A stretch of DNA of 124,000 nt from Octopus vulgaris (GCA_951406725.2 OX597825.1:14900001-15024000); one strand, 5' to 3'; positions 27,889-43,040 are shown, counted from the stretch's first letter. Translations and numbers: made by a program. The notes: generated by a model from the sequence alone, not told the origin.

Positions 27889-28969
27889 CTATATATCTAT
27901 TTATCTATCTGGCTATCTATTTATTTATTTGTGTATCTATCTACACACACAGACTCACATACACAGATGTGTATATACATGTTTCTGTGTGTTTGTGTGT
28001 CTATGTGTTTGCGTGTCTGTGTGTCTGTGCGTCTGTGTGTGCGTTTGTTTCTGCAGGGGGCTTTGTGCATGTGTGTGTGTGTGGTGTATGTGAGTGTTTT
28101 ACTTCCTATGTGCGTGCATGTGGTTGTACGCACGCGCAGGTTCCCAAGTGAAATATATTACGAAATCTACCATCAAAAATTTTAACTATCACGAGAAAGC
28201 ATTTTTAAAAACTATTTAACCTAATTTAATTGAAATGAGAAATTGAACGTAGTTTAAACATATTTGTCTTTTTAATTCAATTTCATTTCAAATAAAGGAT
28301 GCTTTATGTAAAAGATCTCCATCAAATGAATTCCATTGTCTATAGAAATCATGGTTGACCATCATTTAAAATCAAATATGAGTAGGAAATATACTCTGCT
28401 TCCTTCTAGACTTATATAACATGTCTACGGTTTTGTATCCCGTTATCTAGTTATAATTAATTTCCATTGAATTCAAAACAGTTCATTTCCATTCACTATA
28501 AATTAATTAAAGATTTGGCTATATTTATTTGTTTGTAACCACAAATTTCATAAATGTTATAAATGAGATAGACAAATAAAGAAATGATAACAAAGAAGGA
28601 AAGTTATAAATAATAAAACACACATGAAGAAAATAAATCTGAAAGATGTTTCTGATTGAAATTAAATTATATTTAAAATTTACAATCGTTGAAAACGATT
28701 TACAAATATATAATTGTTGATGTTTATGATAACCTTGGTGATGATGGCGAAGATATTGATTATAGTGTTGGTAGTAGAGTTAGTTGGAATACGATAGGAA
28801 TAATTCAAAAGAACATCATTTTAAACATCGTCATTTTCATTTCCCATTTGTTATTTGCAGCATGGTCACCATCATTATTCTTATTAAACAACAATTAATC
28901 ATCCTTATCATCATCAGTCTCCGCATCATTATTTTCAGTATCATTATAATCATTGTCGACTAGGTCACG

Positions 28970-29440
28970 ATCATCAATCGTAGTCGTCATCGGAACCATC
29001 ATTGTCACCACCACAATCATCATCATCATAAACATCACCATCATCATCACCATCATCATCAACACCATCTTCACCATCACCATCATCATCGCCATCATCG
29101 CCACCATCACAAACATCACCATCACCATCACCACCATCACCATCACCACCACCATCACCATCACCATCATCTCATCACCATCACCATCACCATCATCTCC
29201 ATCATCATCATCATCACCACCATCACTATCACCACCATCAACATCCACCTCCTCCTCATCATCATCATGATCATCACTATCATCATCACCATCACCATCA
29301 TCACAACCACCACCACCACCACCACCATCACCACCATCACCACCATCCTCATCATCAAAATCAATTACATCGCCCTCCTTCATTGTAAAGGTCGTCGTCG
29401 TCGCCGTCGTGATAGTTATTATCATCATTTGTCTTCATCT
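28970..29440. repeat. (CAT/CAC)n trinucleotide mosaic
   Basis: Directly visible. Confidence 0.95.
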
Positions 29441-29582
29441 TTCATGACATTTCTTTCAACTCTATTATTAATTTTAAAGTACTGTATCTTGAATTAAATC
29501 ACTAGTATACATTTATACACACGTCTAAGCGAATAAGACGCAAATGTGTATAGTTTTGTCTATGATATCCTTCTTACTCTCA

Positions 29583-29629
<47 letters not shown>

Positions 29630-29845
29630 AATATATATATATATATATATACACATACATGAACGCATACATACGTATATATGTATGTCTATATATAGAT
29701 ATATATATACATATATACACATACATGAACACATACATACGTATATATGTATGACTATATATAGACATATATATATATATATATATATTAAATGGAGAAA
29801 TACAATTGACAATCTAACAATTTACACGCAATTACATATATATAT

Positions 29846-29879
29846 AAAGTTGAAAAAGAGGGTTACTCTAATGTGCGTG

Positions 29880-29910
<31 letters not shown>

Positions 29911-29935
29911 TAGAGTAACCCTCTTTTTCAACTTT
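29846..29935. repeat. Inverted repeat centred on (TA)n
   Basis: aaagttgaaaaagagggttactcta / tagagtaaccctctttttcaacttt (25 bp perfect, then imperfect) around a TA tract. Confidence 0.9.
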
Positions 29936-31191
29936 CTAAACATTTACCTACCACCGCTTATCTTTTTGAAGTTTTCGCTCAGAAAGTCATTTTTTCAGAA
30001 AGAAATGTTTATCTCTTATATAACTTTCTCTTATATAAAAAAAAAATGCTTGTCCAGATTTATTTATTCTTGGTAAGACAAAGATAAGTGGCAATTAATA
30101 TAATGGGGAAAGCAACTTGCAAAGCTGAGGATAGAGCGCAGGTATTGGGCAAACACCTATTTTTCGCAGGCTTTAAAACACGCATAGTGTATCCAAATAT
30201 TATTTAGCCTCTAGGTACATGGCCTATACATGTTAAAAATCTGGAAAATTGAGAAATAACGAGAAACCGAGAAAAAGATTGAAGGTGGATTCAAAACCTG
30301 GTCCGGAGAATGAAACTGAAAATGAAAGGAAAAGACAAAAGGAATTAGAGTTATGTCCCTTATTATCAAAGGACCTTAAGGCGAGATTGTGTGGAATCAA
30401 CGATAAAGCTGCTCACTCCGGAGAGGGTGGTGCTCTCCAATTCACCAAAAGAAACTTGGACAATTGTTTACAATTTCTGAAAATTGTTTACAATTGTCAT
30501 CTAAAATTCAGCAGTAAGTTGGAATACTTACATCTAAAAATGATGTGAAGTAATTCATCTATGCATAACTCTTTTTGTTCTATTAATATATGGCATAGAT
30601 TTGTCTGCGACTTTCCATTCTACGACTTTCTATTCGTTTGCATGTTGGTCTACAAACACGATACGTAGCTAAATAACATAGAGGCTTTACTTTGTCCATG
30701 AGCAAGAAAGAAGCTAGGTGTTAACATAACGGCTTTTGAAGTCGCTATCGCAGAACGCGATGCAGTTCTTATTTTTGGTTAAGTTAGCATGTAACGTTGC
30801 TGCAACATCTGGTTTATCATGCAGCTCTGTTCGAGTGGACAAGCTCCAAGGAGTCGACAGTTTGTTGATGTTTGCAGGTAATAATTCTAGTTGTAGTGGA
30901 GAAACAGCTCTATAATGATTTAATCGAGCGTCTGCATTTGTGATTTTCTAGGAAATGTTTATTTGTGAAAGGCAGGAATCTTTTATCTGCATTAGTTTTA
31001 ACATTTAGGGAGAAACAAAATAACCCGTTAATGAAGTTCATGACATAATTTTATTTATTTCCTTGACATTTTAATTTGTCAGTACTGTTCTGTAATCGAC
31101 CTACACTTGGATCAGTAACTTTTGTACACAGAAATCTAACACCAGGTTTGTTAATATATCTATGCCTACGTGAAATAGGCTAAGCATTATA

Positions 31192-31426
31192 GCTATTTCT
31201 TTACTACACACAAGGGGCTAAATACAGAGAGGACAAACAAGGACAGACAAACGGATTAAGTCGATTATATCAACCCCAGTGAGTAACTGGTACTTATTTA
31301 ATCGACCGCGAAAGGATGAAAGGCAATGTCGACCTCAGCGGAATTTGAACTCAGAATGTAGCGACAGACGAAATACTGCTAAGCATTTCGCCCGGCATCC
31401 TAACGACTCCGCCAGATCGCCGCCTT
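31192..31426 (-). mobile_element. SINE family A
   Basis: TSD ctaagcattata at 31180-31191 and 31427-31438. Confidence 0.9.
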
Positions 31427-31698
31427 CTAAGCATTATACCTAGCGTGGAAATTATATATGCGAGAGTTGCTATGAGCTTATGTTATGTAGAACAGATATG
31501 ATTAATGAATTATGAATAACTACGTATATTTGAAATTTTGGTGAGTGAAAGTATATTTCATTTCCCGCCTGTTTATTTTGCTGTTATAACCACAGGTAGC
31601 ACGCATTTTATGCTAATAATGTTCTTTCCACAGCAAAAATTTACATTGTTAGTTTGTGTATGTGTGTGTGTGTGCGTGTTTGTATGTTTTTGCATGTG

Positions 31699-31730
<32 letters not shown>

Positions 31731-32039
31731 CTTGCGTGTATGTCTCTGTTAGTTTGTTTTCGTGTCTGTTTGCCCCCACACACACACACACACTTGAGAA
31801 CCGGTGTAGGCTTGCTTACAACTCCGTAACTTGCTGTTCAGGAAAATTGGACAGACACAGCTAAGACAATGGGACCTGGTGTCGATTCATTCGGCTAAAA
31901 ATTGCTTAAGGTAGTGCCCCAGCACGGCCGCAGCCTAATGACTGAAATCAATAGTAAATAAAAGATATATATATATATATATATATACATCTCTCTCTTA
32001 CTTTCTCTCCCTCTCCCTCACTCTCTCTATATATATGTA

Positions 32040-32152
<113 letters not shown>

Positions 32153-33184
32153 GGTTGAGCCGTTAATTAGACTCATTTAAAACTATGTAAATATATATAT
32201 ATTGTTCATATTTTAATATGTGGAAATAGTATTAGATGATCAGTACGGAAATCGAATTACGAATACCGATAAAGAATATTAATGATGTAGATAATAATAA
32301 TTTTTGATGATGATGCTGATCATCATCATCACCCTACACATCTTTCTCATTATGATCGTGATAATAATGGCAATGCGACACTTCCTGATAATAAAAATAA
32401 ATCTATCACTTTAGAGTTTCATTAGTGTTATGAGGGTGGTATTTATAATAATGATGAGGATGGAAATTAATTTCGTTTTAAATCATCAATCTCGGCAACA
32501 ATACAAATTAGATGAAGAGAAATACCGAGGCAAAAATGTATGAATATTAATGAGCTGTGCAAAAGTTTTTATTAACTTTTGTGTCCGTTGTTTGCGAGAA
32601 GGTAATTACGTACAATATGAATGATTGTGTGCCCCTAGTGGTTTATACAATCACGTTAAGTAGGCAAGTGTTTGGTAAACTGTAAATACATTTGTTGAAG
32701 CTTGCAAGAACTTTAAATTACACGTAGTATATTAAAGTTGAGAAAGTCATTTTCGATATATCGGTATGCATCAGACATTAGTGGTTTGCAAAATAGACAG
32801 GGTGTGGAGCAAATTATGATATTATGCTGTAATATGTTAGGTTAGGTCAAACATCGTTCGAACTTTAAATCGTAGTTTTGGGAATGGTGCAAATCCTAAG
32901 TTTGAATAATGCTGATATAATCGACTGTTTATTTTACCATATGCTAACAAATAAATGTTATACATCTGATCTTTCCACCATTATGATTTAATATCTCCAA
33001 ATGTTTCCTTTTTATTTCTCTTCGTTCGGCATCGTTAAAACAAGATGTTGGTAAACGGAAGAGGTCGTATAACATATCCATTGTTATGTAGTATCCTCAT
33101 CCTCATCCTCATCTTTCCTCTTCTTATTATTATTATTATTATTAGTATCTTCTTATCTATTTATTATTATTAGCATTATTATCA

Positions 33185-33249
<65 letters not shown>

Positions 33250-33369
33250 TCATTATTAAAGCAGAGCCCATAGCACGCCGAAGAAAATGCTTAAAGTCAT
33301 TTCGACCGTCTTTACCTTATGAGTTCAAATTCCACCGATGTCAACTTTGCTTTCACCCTCTCGGGGTCG

Positions 33370-34235
33370 ATTAGCGAGTCTCACCGGATTGTAGAATCCC
33401 GCAGTATCTTAAGTTCTTTGTTCTCGATAACTCCTTCTGGTTATCGTTAGCACCATTTCCGCGCGCTCTCTTCAGACCGTATTTTCACATAGCCTCCAAT
33501 GGATGAACTTCGCCACATTTTCGTGCCTTCTGTTATAGTACTTTTGTGCCAGCTTGCTACACTCACTCATGATATGTGAGATTATTTCGTTTCTGCTGCC
33601 CCGCATACTACTCTTATCTATTTGGGAATTGGTGTAATTAGTTCTCAGAGCTAGTTAGTGGGAGCTGCATATCAATGCCTCAGTGCATCCTTTCAAATCA
33701 CCTTTCTTAGGCATCTCCAAGTGTCTTTTCTTTCGATTCTTCTGCCCATGCGATTATCCCTGCTCCATATCTAAGGATTGAAACCGCCCAGGTGCTGGTA
33801 TCTTCAATCTTATTCCGTTCGTTTAATTTCGACTTAAGGATCAGTCTCAGTCTGCTCAAGTACGCCACCTTAAATTTTTCTGTCATTTTTCTCCCTCAAC
33901 TTATCCATTTCCAGTATACCCAAGTATTCATAGCCCGTCTCATCTCTGTGCTTCATAACTTCCCCCGACGGTATCGTTAACGCATCCATACATTTGACTT
34001 TTGCTTCTATTCAAGACTAACACACCAGTCTTTCTCTGAACTCTATTTTGAAATCAGCACTGAAGGTACACACCGTATCAGCGAGGGAACTGATTTCGGC
34101 TTCATCTTTACCATAAAGTTTGAGGTTGTCCATGAATAACAATTGACTGAAATTTTGTTGGCGGTTTTTGAATACATACGCAGCTTTTGCTTTCCTCAGA
34201 ATTAGTGTTAGTGGTATTAAGCACATTTGTACTAT
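33370..34235 (-). mobile_element. R4/Dong-clade (RLE) LINE fragment, internally deleted
   Basis: RT motif LLFMDNLKLY (cf. YMDDLKLY), then YEYLGILE...RLRLILKSKLN, then a zinc-knuckle remnant SHIMSECSKLAQKYYNRRHENVAKFIHW. Confidence 0.85.
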
Positions 34236-34249
34236 GTCATTGTTGTTAT

Positions 34250-34680
34250 TATTATTGAGTGAGAGAGCAGCGCATGCCATCAAAGTGACGTTGGGGCAAA
34301 ATATACAAAGCCCAGTATACCCATCATGACTACCCGTCTGATAAGGGTACACTAGGCACATGCATCACAACCATATGTGCGCAGCATGGCGATCTCATAT
34401 CAAGATAAACAGCGCATTACCTTGCAGGTGGAGCCCAGTTAGAATTTTGTTTTTGGTCGAGTAATCCATCCCACTCAAAAGGTCCCTGAATAAGGGTTGT
34501 TTAAGGATGTTGAATGAAACACCCATGTTTCCAGAGGTGAATTATTCAAACCCCACAGAATCCTACTCAACACATGGCTATGATGCTTTCCCACTACTTC
34601 TGCTCGTGATCAGAGATGCACATATCGTGGGCCACTAAGGGACATGCGCAACTGGTTAAGGTCAAACAATTGACATGTAT
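34250..34680 (-). mobile_element. Non-coding retroposon (~430 bp) with (AAT/AAC)n tail
   Basis: GC-richer non-coding block ending, on the minus strand, in a trinucleotide tail; family not assigned. Confidence 0.5.
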
Positions 34681-36167
34681 TAGTAGTGGTAGTAGTAGTA
34701 ACAACCGGCGTTATTATTATTATTATTGTTATTATTCTTTGGGGAGAATCAACGCTTGAATAAATGCTATAACAAAAATTACCCCATCAACTTATACCAA
34801 GGAACGTCCGTCTTGTATAATTTGCATATCTTGTAAAATCATTATTGTTCCACCGTTATGGTGGAATATAGTCTGTCGTCTGTGTATCATCATAACAACG
34901 ATGAGCCGACTGGTTGTGTACAGAGAATCTAATCCAGGAATCTAATCCACAGAGAATCTAATCCACGGAAAAGAATATGTAGTTTATGCATATAACTGAA
35001 ATAAAATTTCTGTTTTGTTTTGACAATTCAAGTACAAATATTGTTTCAGAGGAATACGTAGTATTGCATATCTTCATCAAAGAAACGCACGCAAAAGAAA
35101 AAAATACATACCTGCTGAACAGAAAAGGTTGTTTACAACAATTGTAAATATTTACAAGAACAATGGACTGGAAAATAACATACACACAAATAATATACAC
35201 ACAGGTAATATATGCACAAAGATGAAGACGATAAAAACCAGCGAGCTGCAAGCAAAACAATAGCTTCAACGTCAACATACATAACTCAAGCTGCAACAGA
35301 AACATGTCTTCCAACAGCAACAGGAACAAAGAAAATCTCTAGCAGCTGTTCCTTAATATTACATGTAACATGGTTGTATTGTAGATTTCGCTCAAATCAA
35401 GTCAGACAATGAAAAAGGTAGTTTGAAAAATGTAGTTTGTCACAAATATGAGAATGAATGTCTTTGCTTGAAAACTTTAGAGTACAAGTACGAAGGTGAC
35501 TCAACATTACTTTGTGAAGGACGGATTTGCCCAAATACATCTTCAAGGAAAAGCCAGATTTACCGAAATTGCTGGATAATATATAGTATTTCATATTCTA
35601 TGTAGATACGGCATGCGGAAGAGTGTATGTGGTCCGCAAAAAGCGACTAAAATCGGACCGATTCAGCGCCACAAACCTGAGCATGGGTTACTGTAACATA
35701 TTAGGTAACTAACATGATTGCTGTAGCAGGACATATTAGCCTCCTAACTTGTGAATACAGATATATGGACTCTCAGACTATCGCCATATATAAGTTATCC
35801 AAATGGTAGTTGACGAATTTTGGAGTGACGTAAAATAAGGTGACTGTTCGGCACAGCCTGGTTCTGATGAGTTGAGAACACATTAGAGCTTTAGCATACC
35901 TGCATACCATTGCTGGTGTAGATAAAATGTTATAAGAAAAAGTGTTTCTGATAGAAGGCTCAGCTGTCAACCGCCTGATCGCTTAGAGGTACTTAAACGA
36001 AACTCTTTGAAAAGGTAAGAAATGAAAGAAATTAATCAACAGCGGAAACAGAAGTTGCTACGGTAGTACCAAATCCTGGAGTCAGTTGTTTGTATAATAC
36101 CACATCCTCATATTTAGAAGGTGATGGGCGGGGTCGGGTTGCCTTCACCAACAAGTAAAAGGAAGAC

Positions 36168-36577
36168 GCTCTTACTCTTTTGCTATGTTATTGGTTTCAG
36201 TCATTTTGACTGTGTCATGCTGGGGCATCGCCTTTAGTCGAACAAAGGATCCCAGGAATCATTCTTTGTAAGCCTAGTACTTTTTGTATCGGTGTCTTTT
36301 GCAGAACTGCTAAGTGACGGGGACGTAAACACACCGACACTGGTTGACAAGTGATGGTTGTGGGGAGTCAAACACAGACACACACACACACATACACACA
36401 CATACACGACGGACTTCTTTCAGTCATTCGGTTTCCGTCTACCAAATCCGCTCACTAGTCTTTGGTCGACCCGAGACTACAGTAGACGACACTAGCTGGA
36501 GATGCCACGCAGTGGAACTGAACGCGAAACCATATGGTTGGTAAGCAAGCTACTTACTTCACAGCCACGCTTGCGCC
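36168..36577 (-). mobile_element. SINE family B (diverged)
   Basis: Homologous to 13741-14187. Confidence 0.85.
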
Positions 36578-36979
36578 AAAGATAATGATAATAGCAAAAT
36601 CACAATGTTATCTTTGTTTAAAATACTTTTGTATGATAGCTATACACTCTTGTCATGATTTATTTATGATAGGTTTATGAGAAATATATATTTGTAGAAG
36701 ATAAAAGAGGCAATGATGAATATAAGCTACTGTAAATATACAAATGGAGTAGAAATATATCTGAAGTTGTGTGAGTGCAGACACATCAAATTTTAAACTA
36801 TGTATTTAGGATATAATGAATTGTATTTGTTTAAAGATTTCCCACGCCGTCGCTTGAATAATCGACATATGCAGATTAATATACATGATATAAGCGGAAA
36901 AGGAAAAACAGATATTTGTGAAGTAATCTTAATGAATGGTGTAAATAGAATTATGGAATTGAACATGGGTGCTCTTTTT

Positions 36980-37204
36980 TCTCTTTTACTTCTTTCAGTC
37001 ATGTGACAGTTGTCATGCTGGAGCAGCGCCTTTATTCGAGCAAATCGAGTCCAGGACTTATTCTTTGTAAGCCTAGTACTTTTTTCTATTGGTTCCTATT
37101 GCCGAACCGCTAATTTACGGGGACGTAAATACACCAGCATCGATTGTCAAGCGATGTTGGGGAGACAAACACAGACACACATATACACAAACACACACAC
37201 ATAT

Positions 37205-37254
<50 letters not shown>

Positions 37255-37412
37255 GACGGGCTTCTTTCGGTTTCCGTCTACCAAATCCACTCACAAGGCT
37301 TTGCACGGCCCGAGGCTACAGTAGAAGTCACCTGCCCAAGGTGCCACGCAGTGGGGCTGAACGCGGAACCATGTGGTTCTTAAGCAAGCTACTTAACACA
37401 GCCACTCCTACG
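36980..37412 (-). mobile_element. SINE family B
   Basis: Homologous to 13741-14187. Confidence 0.85.
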
Positions 37413-39794
37413 CCTCTAATAAGAAGCACTCAAAGATGATCAGGGAAGTCAGTTCGAGTACACATTCTATAGAGTAACAGGTTCAAATGCGAATTTATCA
37501 AGTTTACCCACAAACATACGAGACAAAAATGTAACACTCTATTACAAATGCAAATATATTTACGGCATATATTTCCCAAAACACACAAGCAAACATTTTG
37601 AAACTACTCATCAAGCATAAAAAAAATTGTCATTATTTGAAATGTCGATCGCCGAGTTGATCTAACTCATCGAGTTATATCGAAGCATATTCATGAGGCT
37701 AATAAAAAAAAAAGTTATTGCTTTGTTAGAGCGGGAAGAGTTAGTTATCAAATTATTTGGTACTACGTTTCAACTAGTACAGGCAGAAACTAATTTACTT
37801 TCGTGGTTTGGAGTCTTCCAAACATCAAGGATTGAAACATTCTATTAATTATTTGTAAGATAATTACATATTTGTTTATAACATAGTACATTTATGTAAA
37901 TAATTGAACTTTACTTTGAAAGTAAGAATAATGCTACTGGGAAGTATAATTGTTAAGATTATTCACAATAGGGGTCTCTTTCTTTGTCTTCTGATTAAAC
38001 ATTTTCTATCAAAAATTAAGTGTTTAGCACTATACTTGGCGATGATTACCCGAAAATGTATCCACTACTTAGTTCCGTCTAGCAAAATGACATAGTTAAA
38101 AACAGCTTTGAGGAAAATATGATGAAACGTCTAGAATAAAATCTAAGCTGTGTCATCTAATCTTCATAAGAAAACCAAGCTCAACTATGATTGTATTGGC
38201 TCGTTTTGAAAAATATGGTTACTCTTCCACACAACACATGACAAAACATGCGTAAAATCCTAGCCATCTTTTTCGCCAGATAAGATCTACTACAGAATAT
38301 CTATTTTATACTGCTTTGAAAGTATAAATGCAGCATTCGGTGAACGTTTCAATGTTAAGTACATAGCATTTCTTGCTAAATATTTCACAATGTCTGAAAA
38401 TAAGACAGAAGAAAGAAAGCGAAAGTGTACACCAATACCCTATTATATTTATGGAGATTTTGCAACAGAAATTTTATGCAAATTCCGCCGAGGTCGACTT
38501 TGCCTTTCATCATTTCGGGGGTCCGCTAATTAAGTACCAAATTTAATCGACTTAATCCCTTTGTTTGTCCTTGTGTGTGCCCTCTATGTTCAGCCCTTTG
38601 TGGGTAATAAAGAAATAAGAAATGTTATGCTTAGTCCCATTGCATAAAGTAAGCTTTGGAAAGGGAAGTGAAAAATTAATTATTGTTAAATGTATTAACA
38701 GACTATATACATATTCCTGTATTCTAAACAATCCGCCATGGTAACATACACGAAAAAACATTTTAGCGAAGTCAAATATACTTTTGAAGGTCTATTTTGT
38801 CTCTATTTGAATTCTTTCATTAAGCAAGAGTGTGCATAGGATCTAAAATTCAGAGAGAAATTTATTTTGATAGTTTTATTATAAATGTGACTAATAAAAC
38901 AATCTAAAAATCCACTTTATTATGCTTATCGATGGTTCGTATAATGTATGTCGTTATTTTTTTCATTGTGCTGCACACACAAGTGACTATTCCGTTGAAT
39001 TATGTTTCAACAATCTAACTTCAAAATCTGTTTTTAGTCATATTTTATCATAACCATATTTTCCAAATCAAAAGAAAATCTACGAATATTTCATGCAGGA
39101 TTTAATGGTCTTGTTGGAAATGTAATCTTCAAATTTTAGGGGATATGCGCATGAAACAAAATCTTTTTACACTTTTTGCAAAATGTGTATCGCAGGTCTT
39201 CACTGTAGGCGCGAACGACAAAAATTATGACTGAATTAAAATGTTTGTGAAATGACTATAATTGCTATTACGGAGATGTACTTGCATAGCAAGTGATTTG
39301 ATCTTGAGATCGTGTACTGAAACGAAAACAATTCCTGCATGGAAGGTGTTTGTAAGCCATTTAAGAAACATATAAAAGCCGTTCGATTCACTTCAACAGT
39401 TGAACAGGTCGCGGTCTTATAGCGACGAAAATATTTTGACAAATTAATCCTAAATGTTGAAGTGAATCGATCGTCTTTTGTGTGTTTCTTAAATGGCTTA
39501 CAAACACCTTCCACACAGCAATTGTTATAAATGCTATACTTTGGCTTTATTATATAACTATATAGATACTTGTTTCAGTCATTTGACCGCGGCCAGCTGG
39601 AGCACAGTTTTTAGTCCAGCAAATCGCCCCCAGGGTTTATTCTTTGTAAGCCTAGTACTTATTCTATCAGTTTCTTTTGTCGAACCCCTAAGTTACGGGA
39701 ACTTAAACACACCAGCATCCGTTGTCAAGCGATGTTTGGAGGACAAACTCAAATACACACACACACACATATATATATATATATGTATGTCTCA

Positions 39795-40351
39795 TATATA
39801 AGAATATTATTTAAGCAACTGTATATATAAGTCACATTAAGTTTTAACTAGCTATAAACATTATTATATCACGACACTTTCACGAGGCAGGGGGCGGTGG
39901 TGAACCCTGCTGTACTTTTTCACCACAATTTTCTCTCACTCTTAATTTGTTTCTGTTGTACCTCTATTTCAAAGGACCAGGCTTGTCACACTCTGTGTCA
40001 CGTTGAATGTTCCCGAGAATTACGTTAAGGGTACACGTAAATTTGACGAGTAGGCTGCCCCTTTGAGTGGATCAACTGGAACCCTCGTCGTCGTAACCGA
40101 TGGAGTGCCCTCATATTTAAATGTGTTGCTATTATAGGTAAATAACTGAATTGTGGTCGACATATGTTAGCGTATAGATAGCGCTAGGATAATCAATAGT
40201 AATCAGATACGTCTGTTAATAATTTTAACTATATTGTAATTTAAGATATTCTGTGAAGCTCCTGTGAAGCCTTTTGATATGATAGTGTATTTAGCTAGTT
40301 AAAATTTAATGTGACTCGTATATACAGTTGCTTAAATGATATTCTTATATA
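39795..40351. mobile_element. MITE-like element with ~60-80 bp TIRs, containing a SINE fragment (39875-40110)
   Basis: Left arm tatataagaatattatttaagcaactgtatatataagtcacattaagttttaactagcta matches the reverse complement of the right arm (about 4 differences). Confidence 0.8.
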
Positions 40352-40911
40352 TAAGGCATACCAACAAACATTTACGTATGAATAGTTATAAATATATATC
40401 CATACGATAATGTAAAAGCCTTAGAGATCCGTTAGAGAATATTAAATCATAAAATCCATTACTTTTTCATGTAGAAGTTTTATAAATGTCACAAAAATAC
40501 CTACTTCGGGAGTATGTATATCCTTAATAATAATTCACTTCAAGAATTCACAGAAAATATAAATCAAAACTTTTTTTTACTCTATACTCAGCGTGTTTCT
40601 GATAATTCTATTGTGAAATATTTCCAGGAAGAAAGGGCTCTAATTTCGAGTGTGCAATGAATTTTTTCTATATTTCAAAGAATTCTATAGCCAAAATTAA
40701 TAAATAGATGAGTCCGATATCTAAAAGGATCCCCTACGTTGCAATATATTGAATCTAAGTAAATGTTTCAGGCTCTAATGAATAAATATTCCATAACCAA
40801 CATTATCTCTCTTTCGTTAACTTTGAAGTACTTTAACTTCTGTGGCTCGCTGCATTATTCATACGTAATACGTTTGCACATATATACACTTACACGCCCA
40901 AATATCACATA

Positions 40912-40960
<49 letters not shown>

Positions 40961-41128
40961 GCTGAACTCCAAAAGCATTAGGCTTTTATATCCTTCAAAC
41001 ATTCTTGTTAATTCTGATTTTCAATAGTTTTTCTTCCTTAAAAAACATCGTAGTAACTCACTCTGCTAGTGTATGAGCCTGGTCTTACACAGAAAAAACA
41101 TTTAAACATTGCACAGACATACACACAA

Positions 41129-41210
<82 letters not shown>

Positions 41211-41270
41211 TATGTGTGTGTGTGTATGTATATATATGCACGTAAATATGTGCATGTATAAATATATATG

Positions 41271-41301
<31 letters not shown>

Positions 41302-41610
41302 GTATATATATATGTATATATATATATATATATAAATATATATATGTATAAATATATATATGTATAAATATATATATGTATAAATATATATATGTATAAA
41401 TATATATATGTATAAATATATATATGTATAAATATATATATGTATATATATATATATGTATAAATATATATATGTATATATATATATATGTATAAATATA
41501 TATATGTATATATATATATATATGTATAAATATATATATGTATATATATATATATATATAAATAAAATGAGATAGGGGTTGTAAATTCATGTTTCTCCAT
41601 TTTCTCATTT

Positions 41611-41652
<42 letters not shown>

Positions 41653-41842
41653 TATATACGTATGTATGTACACATCATTAAACAGTGACATTTAGTAATA
41701 CTTTAATTTTATTGTTTGGTATGAGATTTTGCAACAATGGGGAGATCGTTTTGTAATGGACACAAAGGAGATATTGAATATTGAATTCGAACTCAGTCTC
41801 TATAAATGACCGGAATATAATGTCTAATGTCTAATATATGTG

Positions 41843-41893
<51 letters not shown>

Positions 41894-42263
41894 CATATAT
41901 AGAGAGAGATTTATAGATATAGATATATGTATGTATGTGTGTATATATATATATATATGTATGCCATTCTTCAGTTATGTTTTAGGACTTCTTACCATTA
42001 AAGAAAGAGCCGGTTTCTAACCTAGATCCAAGGCACGTTCATTGGAATTTCAACATCAATAAGAGGGTATTTTCGCTTGTATGCATGTTTATGTGGAGGT
42101 TTGCATGTTTTCTTTTATGTATGTATTCTCATGCTTATAGTAGCATATCTTGGCATACTCATATATATTTAAATAATAAACTTCTGGAAAGTTTTACATA
42201 TTTTTAGAGTTCCAGTGATGGAACGGATCCGTAGGCCTTGAAATAGCTTTCTCCTTTCTGATA

Positions 42264-42294
<31 letters not shown>

Positions 42295-42307
42295 CCATAT
42301 ATATACA

Positions 42308-42960
42308 TATACATACAGCGGTAAGAAGCTTGCTTCCCAACCAAAAGGTTCCGGGTTCAGTCCCATTGCGTTGCACCTTGGGCAAGTGTCTACACCTATA
42401 GCCTCGGCCGAGCAAAGCCTTGTGAGAGGATTCGGTTGACGGAAACTGAAAGAAGCCCGTCGTATATATGTGTATGTGTGTATGTGCGTGCCCGTGCTGC
42501 CGCGCGTTTGTGTCTGTCTGTATTTGTCCCTCTGTCGTCATCATTATTTCTTTACTACGCGCAAGGGGCTAAACACAGAGAAGACAAACAAGGACAGACA
42601 AACGGATTAAGTCGATTATATCGACCCCAGTGCGTAACTGGTACTTATTTAATCGACCCCGAAAGGATGAAAGAGCAAAGTCGACCTCGACGGAATTTGA
42701 ACTCACTACGCAGCGGCGGACGAAATACGACAAAGCATTTCGCCCGGCGCGCTAACGTTTCTGCTAGCTCGCAGCCATCACTTGACAACTGATGCACGTG
42801 AGTTTATACTCCCGTAACCTAGCGGTTCGGCAAAAGACGGATAGAAGAAGTGCTAGACTTACAAAGAACAAGTCCTGGGGATCATTTCCTCAACTAAAAC
42901 ACTTTAAAGCGGTGCTCCAGCGTGGATGGAATAGAATGACTGAAACAAGGAAATGAATTA
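42308..42960 (+). mobile_element. SINE family B interrupted by a family A copy (42545-42775, minus)
   Basis: B head and core at 42308-42540, A copy in opposite orientation, B tail resumes at ~42780. Confidence 0.85.
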
Positions 42961-42981
42961 AAGGACAAAAAATATATACAT

Positions 42982-43040
<59 letters not shown>

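Noticed and set aside
30249-30548. 99-aa charged ORF (MRNNEKPRKRLKV...)
   Set aside because: No recognisable domain or splice context; possibly a retroelement ORF1 remnant but unsupported.
42003-42051. Minus-strand CCAATGA...GAAACCGGCTC HHR-like string
   Set aside because: Multiple core changes and a weak stem I. It may be a decayed PLE terminus but cannot be supported from this copy.
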